64,000 nt of DNA from Candidatus Poriferihabitaceae bacterium (GTDB taxonomy: Bacteria > Pseudomonadota > Gammaproteobacteria > Arenicellales > Poriferihabitantaceae): contig OZ242021.1 in NCBI GenBank assembly GCA_965204925.1, positions 268,000-331,999 of the forward strand. Direction: 5' to 3'. The position numbers were made by a program, and so were the translations under genes. The notes under the pieces are model-generated. The model had not been told where the DNA came from. It worked only from the letters and a program-made list of their open reading frames with translations, and searched no databases. Positions 57,797 to 64,000 of this stretch are shown one piece after another; position 1 is the stretch's first letter; every line of letters begins with the position of its first letter.

Positions 57797-60106
57797 TTAC
57801 CTGAACACGGTGCCAATGGAAATCTGCAACGCTTCCTTTTCATCACCCGCCTCCTCATCAAGCGGCACTCCGTAGCTGAAAGTAAATGGCCCTATCGCCG
57901 AAAACCAGCTAAAGAACAGTCCCGCAGAATATCGGAGATCCCCGAAATCGACCGAATCCGCGTCGGCAAATACCATCCCGCCATCGACAAAAAGCCCGAA
58001 CCGCTTGTCCTTCCCGTCCGATCCAAAAGCCGGAAACAGGGTCTCAAGGTTCAACAGTATACGTGTATCGCCGCCCACCGGCTCCGGAGTCGGACCACTG
58101 TCCCGGGGACCCAGGGAGCGTCTCTGGAAACCGCGTACGGATCGCGCTCCTCCGGCGTAATAATGTTTGAAAAACGGCAGCCCCGACTCTTTTGAATCAC
58201 CGAAACCATCGCCATAGCCAATTCCGGCAAATCCCTTCAGGGTCAAGGCCGGGGAAACGGGAAAGTACCAGGCCCCTTCGAGATTGAGGTTGTAATACTC
58301 GAAATCGCTGCCCGGGAACGTCGACTCCAGGGAAATTGAACCGACGGCGCCGCGGGTCGGGAAGAAAAACTGATCCCGTGTATCCCTGGAAAACCCGATC
58401 GTAAACAAGCCGTTTCCGGCTTTCGGGGTCTTTGCTATGACAGCTGCGAACTCGGGAGGGGTTTCCGCGGTCTTTTCAAGTTCGAGGCGTTCCAGCGAAA
58501 CCCCGTAATTGATCGAGTTGGTCTCCGTGACAGGAACACGATAACTCACCCCCGCTGTAGCGCTGTCCATAACATATTCCGCAGTATCGACTTCACTGGA
58601 GTCGAATTCCCCGACAGACAGATTGATACTCCGGCTGACTCCATCAATGGTATGGTAGGGATTGGTATAGGAAATGCTCGCAATATTGGCCGTGTCGGAA
58701 TTATTGAACTTGAACTCCAGCTCCTTACCCGTTCCCAGCAAATTCTTTTGTTTGAATTCGACGCCAAACAGAGCCCCCTCTTCGTCCGAATAACCGGCAG
58801 AAAACAAAATTGAGCCCGTATCCCGCTCCGCTACGATTATCTGCAAGTCGACCTGATCGGTAGTTCCGGCCACTTTCGGGGTCTCGATATGGACGCTTTC
58901 AAAAATACCCAGACGCTGTAATCTGTCCTTCGAGCGCTGCACCGCCGATTTTGAATACAGGGAACCCTCGTACTGCCTCAGCTCTCTGCGAACAACTTCA
59001 TCACGGGTATAGCGGTTTCCGGAAATATCGATCCTGCGGACATAAACCCGCTGATTCGTGATGACCGGGAATGTGACGTTGACCGTTTTCGTGGATTTAT
59101 CCTCATCGAATACCGGAGTCAACTCAACGAATGCAAAACCCTGATCGGCGAAATAGTCGATCATTTCAGCCCGCACCCGGTTCACCTCTCCTCGTGAAAA
59201 GCGGTCTTTTGGTTTGATATCCATCAACTTTTGCAAGTCCCCGATGCGGCTCTCCGGCGCCCCTTCAATGGTTAACGCGCCAAACGTATACAGATCGCCC
59301 TCGCTTAATGTGATGCCGATAAAGATATTCTGTTTATTGGGCGAAATATCCACATTTGACGAAACGATCTCGAACTCATGGTATCCACGATTCTGGTAAT
59401 AGCTTCTGATTCTCTCGAGGTCCGCCTCCAGCGCCTGTTTCGAATACTGGTCCTGGCGTGAAAACAGGCGGTATCCACGCTTGTCCTTGAGCTTCATTTC
59501 CTTCTTGATCGCCTTGACCGACTCCTGCCCGGCGCCAATTATGTTTATTTTTCGGATACGGGCAACACGCCCTTCGCTGATCGTGATTTTAATGGCAACC
59601 CGGTTCTGATCGAGTTCCTCACTGACGACGTCAATGATCGTCGAATAACGACCCATCGACAGATACGCATCGCTGATTTCATTTTCAACGTTTGCCAAAA
59701 CCGCGCTATTCAGGATTCTGCCCTCGACAACCCCCATCTGATCCAGCCCGGCCGTGATATCTTCGGTTTTCAGTTTGCTGTTTCCGGTAATGGTAACGCT
59801 GGCGATTGACGGCCTTTCCACTACCTTGACAACGAGGGTGGTCTCCTCCCGCTCAAGTTCGATCTGCCTGAAAAATCCCGTTGCGAACAGCTCCCGGATA
59901 CTTAATCGTATCTCTTCGTCGTCGGCATCATCACCGACCTTCAGGGGCAGATAGTTGAATACCGTCCCTTCCTCCAGCTTTTCCAGCCCTTCAACCCGGA
60001 TATCGGTGATCGTGAACGGCTCAATCGCAAATACAGTGCGCAGCGACGCCAAAAGAAACAGCGCGAGGCAGAGAAACGACAATGAGGATTTTTTCGTCAT
60101 AACCAT
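57797..60106 (-). CDS. bamA: Outer membrane protein assembly factor BamA
   Basis: The ORF spans 57797-60148. It has a signal peptide after MVMTKKSS, POTRA repeats and a C-terminal beta-barrel ending ...ISIGTVFR. Confidence 0.93.
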   Translation of the reverse strand: MVMTKKSSLSFLCLALFLLASLRTVFAIEPFTITDIRVEGLEKLEEGTVFNYLPLKVGDDADDEEIRLSIRELFATGFFRQIELEREETTLVVKVVERPSIASVTITGNSKLKTEDITAGLDQMGVVEGRILNSAVLANVENEISDAYLSMGRYSTIIDVVSEELDQNRVAIKITISEGRVARIRKINIIGAGQESVKAIKKEMKLKDKRGYRLFSRQDQYSKQALEADLERIRSYYQNRGYHEFEIVSSNVDISPNKQNIFIGITLSEGDLYTFGALTIEGAPESRIGDLQKLMDIKPKDRFSRGEVNRVRAEMIDYFADQGFAFVELTPVFDEDKSTKTVNVTFPVITNQRVYVRRIDISGNRYTRDEVVRRELRQYEGSLYSKSAVQRSKDRLQRLGIFESVHIETPKVAGTTDQVDLQIIVAERDTGSILFSAGYSDEEGALFGVEFKQKNLLGTGKELEFKFNNSDTANIASISYTNPYHTIDGVSRSINLSVGEFDSSEVDTAEYVMDSATAGVSYRVPVTETNSINYGVSLERLELEKTAETPPEFAAVIAKTPKAGNGLFTIGFSRDTRDQFFFPTRGAVGSISLESTFPGSDFEYYNLNLEGAWYFPVSPALTLKGFAGIGYGDGFGDSKESGLPFFKHYYAGGARSVRGFQRRSLGPRDSGPTPEPVGGDTRILLNLETLFPAFGSDGKDKRFGLFVDGGMVFADADSVDFGDLRYSAGLFFSWFSAIGPFTFSYGVPLDEEAGDEKEALQISIGTVFR

Positions 60107-60125
60107 GCGTGAACAATGCACTTGC

Positions 60126-61466
60126 TCATAGCAAGCGCGCAATATCATTATAAAAGGCGAAACCCATCAGCATTATGATCAGCGCCAGGCCAACGACCTG
60201 CCCGCGGATCATTGCCTTCTCCGAAGGAACCCTGCCCGCAACGGCCTCAAACAAAAAATACATCAGGTGCCCCCCATCCAGTACGGGAATCGGTAACAGG
60301 TTGATCAGTCCGAGGCTGATACTGACAATGGCCAGAAATTTCAGGAAATCATCATAACCCGACTTGATGGTATAACCGGCCATTCTGGCGATGCTAACGG
60401 GACCGGACAGATTTTCCGGAGACATCCGCACCGTGAGCATGCGTCCCAGAGAACGCAGGGTGATAACGGTCATGCGCCAGTTGTAGTCGACCGCCTGCCA
60501 GACGGCGTCCAGCGGCCCGTGCCGCAAAATCGTGTTTTCCAGCGCTGGCTGATACAACCCGATACGGCCATAGCTGCGGCCTTCAATGAAGACCGCATCC
60601 GGTATTACTGTCAATTCCAGTGTTTCTCCCTCGCGCAAAACCGACAGGCGCAGCGGCTGTCCGGGGTTCTCCGATATCCGTGTTGCCATCTCCAGCCAGT
60701 TGGCGACCCCGACTCCGTCAATGGCGAGTATCCGGTCGCCCCGAACCAAGCCCGACCGCTCGGCGGGGGAATCCGCCACAACCTCATTGACGACGGCCGC
60801 GGGCAGGATAGGCCAGATACCCATTTGTGAGGTGATCGGGCGGCTGGCGACACGGCTCTGGTCAAGAGCGCTGAAATCGACAGCGAGATCACGCTCTCCG
60901 AGAACCGGATTCGTAACCCGTATGGAAACACGATTCCCCTTCATCGCCTGATCGAGCAGATAAAACTGATGTTGCCCCCAGGTCTTCACCTCCTTGCCAT
61001 CGACTCCGACCAGGGTATCGCCTGCCTCGAATCCGGCGATATCAGCCAGGGACCCTTCGGCCACCCGTCCTATGCGCGGGTCCATATCATCTGAACCGGC
61101 GACAAAAACCAGCCATATCGCAACAATCGCAAAAAGAAAATTGAATGCCGGGCCGGCTGCTACTATGGCGCTGCGCGCCGCCAGGGACTTCCTGTTGAAA
61201 GCCTGGTCGACTTCATCGGAGCGTACCTTTCCCTCCCTTTCGTCGAGCATTTTGACGAACCCGCCCAGGGGGATCATGCCGATCGTGTATTGCGTAGGGT
61301 CATCTTTCCAACGCCACCTGAAAAGGGGTCTGCCGAATCCGATCGAGAACTGAAGTACCTTGACCCCGAGTTTTCGCGCAACCCAGAAATGCCCGTACTC
61401 ATGGATTGCAACCAGTATCGCAACGGCAACGAGAAAACCGAACACACTGTAAGCAAACGCACCCAT
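60126..61466 (-). CDS. rseP: RIP zinc metalloprotease RseP
   Basis: The 446-aa ORF contains HEYGHFWVARKLGVKV (HExxH), PDZ regions and a C-terminal NLLPIPVLDGGH. Confidence 0.93.
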   Translation of the reverse strand: MGAFAYSVFGFLVAVAILVAIHEYGHFWVARKLGVKVLQFSIGFGRPLFRWRWKDDPTQYTIGMIPLGGFVKMLDEREGKVRSDEVDQAFNRKSLAARSAIVAAGPAFNFLFAIVAIWLVFVAGSDDMDPRIGRVAEGSLADIAGFEAGDTLVGVDGKEVKTWGQHQFYLLDQAMKGNRVSIRVTNPVLGERDLAVDFSALDQSRVASRPITSQMGIWPILPAAVVNEVVADSPAERSGLVRGDRILAIDGVGVANWLEMATRISENPGQPLRLSVLREGETLELTVIPDAVFIEGRSYGRIGLYQPALENTILRHGPLDAVWQAVDYNWRMTVITLRSLGRMLTVRMSPENLSGPVSIARMAGYTIKSGYDDFLKFLAIVSISLGLINLLPIPVLDGGHLMYFLFEAVAGRVPSEKAMIRGQVVGLALIIMLMGFAFYNDIARLL

Positions 61467-61557
61467 ATCCTGTATCTTTATGTGACCGCCCGGGCCTGCG
61501 CCCGGTCTGTACCCTCAAACCCGTACATATTAACACGCGATGTCCTCATCCATGCCC

Positions 61558-62751
61558 TCAATTTGCAATCAGTTTACGACTGACGCTGCGCGCCTGCAAA
61601 TCCGCTTCGAACACGGACCCGGGATGCGTGTCCATGCTGACCGTAGCCTGGTGCATGACGCTTTCAACAATTTGCGTGATTTTATCAAAGGAAATCTGTC
61701 CTGACAGGAATCCATCGACCGCAACCTCATTGGCTGCACTCATGATTGCAGGCATCGTCCCCCCGGTCACAACAGCTGAGCGGGCCAACCGAAGAGCGGG
61801 GAAACGTTCACAGTCCGGTGGTTCGAAGTCAAGTCGCGCGATGTCGGTGAAGTCCAGGAATTTCGCCCCGGATGAAATCCGATCGGGCCACGCCAGGGCG
61901 CTGGCGATCGCTATCCGTATATCCGGACTGCCCATCTGTGCAATAACAGAACCATCAATGTATTGCACCATGGAATGGACGATGCTCTGTGGATGAATGA
62001 CGATCCGTACCCTGCTATGCGGGACGCGGAACAACACGCAAGCCTCGACAAGTTCCAACCCCTTGTTCATCATGGTGGCAGAATCGACCGAGATTTTCGG
62101 CCCCATGTTCCAGTTGGGGTGAGCGCAGGCCTGGCGCGGGGTCACAGCCGGCAGCCTGTTGCGGGGAAGCGTCCTGAACGGCCCGCCGGATCCGGTCAAC
62201 CACATCTTTTCGAGGCCGTGGCATCCGTTATCGCAGGAGCGACCGTTCTGGCTGACCAGCCTGTGCTGGGGCAAGCACTGGAAAATAGCATTGTGCTCAC
62301 TGTCGAGCGGTAACAAACAGGCATTATGCTGTTGCGCCAGTTGCACGATATAGCTGCCCAACATGACCAGAGGCTCCTTGTTGGCAATCAGAACCTTTTT
62401 CCCGGCCTTGACGGCGGCGATGACAGACTCGAGTCCGGCAGCGCCGACAATACCGCAAACGACAAAATCACCGGATTCTCCAGCCAGGGCGCAAATATCT
62501 GCCGGCTCACTGCCGACCTCGGTACCGATCCCGGCCTGTCTCAGCCGGACGCTCAGTTCCCGGGCCGCATCCGCATCCGCCATCACGGCCCGCTGCGGGC
62601 GGAACTTGCGGCACTGTGCAAACATTTTCTCCACGCTGCGATGAGCGGACAACCCGCAGACCCGAAAGTCAAGCGGGTGCCGTGATATTACATCAAGCGT
62701 ACTGATGCCGATTGAACCGGTCGAACCCAGTACAGTGACCGTAGTCGTCAT
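61558..62751 (-). CDS. dxr: 1-deoxy-D-xylulose 5-phosphate reductoisomerase
   Basis: It contains MTTTVTVLGSTGSIG, LANKE, DSEHNAIFQC and NKGLE. The ATG at 62751 overlaps the cdsA stop (ATGA). Confidence 0.94.
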   Translation of the reverse strand: MTTTVTVLGSTGSIGISTLDVISRHPLDFRVCGLSAHRSVEKMFAQCRKFRPQRAVMADADAARELSVRLRQAGIGTEVGSEPADICALAGESGDFVVCGIVGAAGLESVIAAVKAGKKVLIANKEPLVMLGSYIVQLAQQHNACLLPLDSEHNAIFQCLPQHRLVSQNGRSCDNGCHGLEKMWLTGSGGPFRTLPRNRLPAVTPRQACAHPNWNMGPKISVDSATMMNKGLELVEACVLFRVPHSRVRIVIHPQSIVHSMVQYIDGSVIAQMGSPDIRIAIASALAWPDRISSGAKFLDFTDIARLDFEPPDCERFPALRLARSAVVTGGTMPAIMSAANEVAVDGFLSGQISFDKITQIVESVMHQATVSMDTHPGSVFEADLQARSVSRKLIAN

Positions 62752-63554
62752 AGCGCAAACCACCATATACCGGCAAACACGGGGGCAGCGGCCACAAGTC
62801 CATCAAACCGATCGAGCACGCCGCCATGACCGGGGAGCAGCGAGCCGCTATCCTTGACTCCCGCCATTCTCTTCAGCCGGCTCTGGTGCAGGTCTCCAAC
62901 CACGCTAATCAGACAAGCGCACAACGCGGCCAGCATCCACAGCCATAAATTCCGGTCGGACCAGGACAGATCAAGCATGAAGGCGGCATAGGCCAGAGCG
63001 GCCAGAGAGGAGCCCAGCACGCCCGCAAGCAATCCCTCCACAGTTTTGTTCGGACTGATAGCGGGAGCCAGTTTTCGCTGGCCGAGCATTCTCCCGAAGA
63101 AATAGGCAAAGCTGTCCGCAACCCACACAATGACCAGGATGCCGAGTGTCACCCGCGCCCCGCTTTCGGGTTGCTGGTGGGTGAAAACGAGGGCGCTCCA
63201 GCCGCCAAACAGGATAAGGGCGCCGCCGCAGATACTCGCTGCCCCCAACGCCGGCTGCGATCGATCACCATACCTGAGACGATGGATCCGGCAAACCCAG
63301 AAAATGCACAGCCCGGCGCATACAACGATCAGAACGCCGGGTGAAAACAGGGATTGCCAACCAGCGGCAACCATGCCGACAGCGGCGCCGGCAAACCAGG
63401 GTCGGGAGCGGGCGACGAGATGGCTCCACTCATGCAGCGCCAGTAACATGACCAGCATGAGCGCGGCTGCAAACCAGGGGGTGGAGAGATACAGCGTAAC
63501 CGGTACAGCAACCAGCGCGAGTAACAAACCGGTGACGATACGGATGATCATCAC
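62748..63554 (-). CDS. cdsA: Phosphatidate cytidylyltransferase
   Basis: The 268-aa multi-TM protein contains SPNKTVEG and KRMAGVKDSGSLLPGHGGVLDRFD. Confidence 0.93.
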   Translation of the reverse strand: MMIIRIVTGLLLALVAVPVTLYLSTPWFAAALMLVMLLALHEWSHLVARSRPWFAGAAVGMVAAGWQSLFSPGVLIVVCAGLCIFWVCRIHRLRYGDRSQPALGAASICGGALILFGGWSALVFTHQQPESGARVTLGILVIVWVADSFAYFFGRMLGQRKLAPAISPNKTVEGLLAGVLGSSLAALAYAAFMLDLSWSDRNLWLWMLAALCACLISVVGDLHQSRLKRMAGVKDSGSLLPGHGGVLDRFDGLVAAAPVFAGIWWFAL

Positions 63555-63559
63555 CTCAT

Positions 63560-64000
63560 TTATGCCTCACCGACCAACCCGGCTTCGATTTGCGTTCCGA
63601 TGCGGCCGAACCTGCGCTGTCTCGAAGCGAACCATTGCAGCGCCCGGTCGAAGCATTGCTCATCAAAATCCGGCCAGAAAGTGTCCGTAAAGTAAAGCTC
63701 GGTATAAGCCAACTGCCACAACAGAAAATTGCTGACCCGCCTCTCTCCGCCGGTTCGGATAAACAGATCGGGTTGCGGCAGGCCATCCGTACACAGGCAG
63801 GATTCAATCAATTCCGGAGTAATCGACGCCGCAGACAATTCCCCTCTCTCAACCAGTCCGGCAATGGATTGACAAGCCTGTTGCAGATCCCATTGCCCAC
63901 CGTAGTTGATGGCGACAGTCAGGTTCAGGGCCTTGTTATTACGGGTCAGTTCGTCCGCGGCGGCGGCGGCTCTTTGTAACCGGACGGGGAAGCGGCTGAT
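63560..64000 (-). CDS. uppS: Undecaprenyl diphosphate synthase, C-terminal part (5' end beyond the window)
   Basis: The minus strand reads ...LTVAINYGGQWDL...PDLFIRTGGERRVSNFLLWQLAYTELYFTDTFWPDF. The frame stays open to the window edge. Confidence 0.92.
   Translation of the reverse strand: MSRFPVRLQRAAAAADELTRNNKALNLTVAINYGGQWDLQQACQSIAGLVERGELSAASITPELIESCLCTDGLPQPDLFIRTGGERRVSNFLLWQLAYTELYFTDTFWPDFDEQCFDRALQWFASRQRRFGRIGTQIEAGLVGEA

Overview
This window looks like a gammaproteobacterial chromosome segment, judged from gene order. It has two conserved housekeeping blocks, both almost entirely on the minus strand. Between them sit a short metabolic stretch and an accessory island of about 18 kb.

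Block 1 (1-19.6 kb) holds tuf-fusA-rpsG-rpsL, rpoC-rpoB, rplL-rplJ-rplA-rplK, nusG-secE, a five-tRNA cluster, then a SPOR protein, coaX and birA. Block 2 (44.4-64 kb) holds ilvD, a CmoA-like methyltransferase, a TauE-type permease, a pabB-pabC fusion, dnaE-rnhB-lpxB-lpxA-fabZ-lpxD-skp-bamA-rseP-dxr-cdsA-uppS. The 19.6-26.4 kb stretch carries ispG, a metallophosphoesterase and a minus-strand operon (DMGDH-like oxidoreductase, MttB-family methyltransferase, cNMP-binding protein).

The island (about 26.4-44.3 kb) has no visible integrase or transposase. It is a mosaic of restriction-modification and NTPase modules joined by repeated segments:
- a roughly 175-bp leader present three times
- two full copies and one relic of a P-loop NTPase with C-terminal ankyrin repeats
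- a truncated duplicate of an SPPY methyltransferase
- an intact BglII/BstYI-like R-M pair
- an RTX-repeat pseudogene
- a Type ISP-like Mrr-helicase-methyltransferase fusion that lacks its target-recognition domain

The strongest candidate for something new is a visibly AT-richer, tightly coupled five-gene operon at 37.3-44.1 kb. It encodes two proteins with no recognisable domains, a 937-aa protein combining a KGGVGR ParA-like domain with a second AAA-type P-loop, another unknown protein, and a TaqI-like m6A methyltransferase carrying its own TRD. I read it as a possible undescribed methylation-linked defence system.

Separately, the first tRNA of the tRNA cluster, tRNA-Thr(UGU), is interrupted directly after its anticodon by a 302-nt group I intron with clear similarity to the Azoarcus tRNA-Ile intron core.

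All calls rest on reading the translations and sequence by eye. No database search was run, so family names are motif-based.
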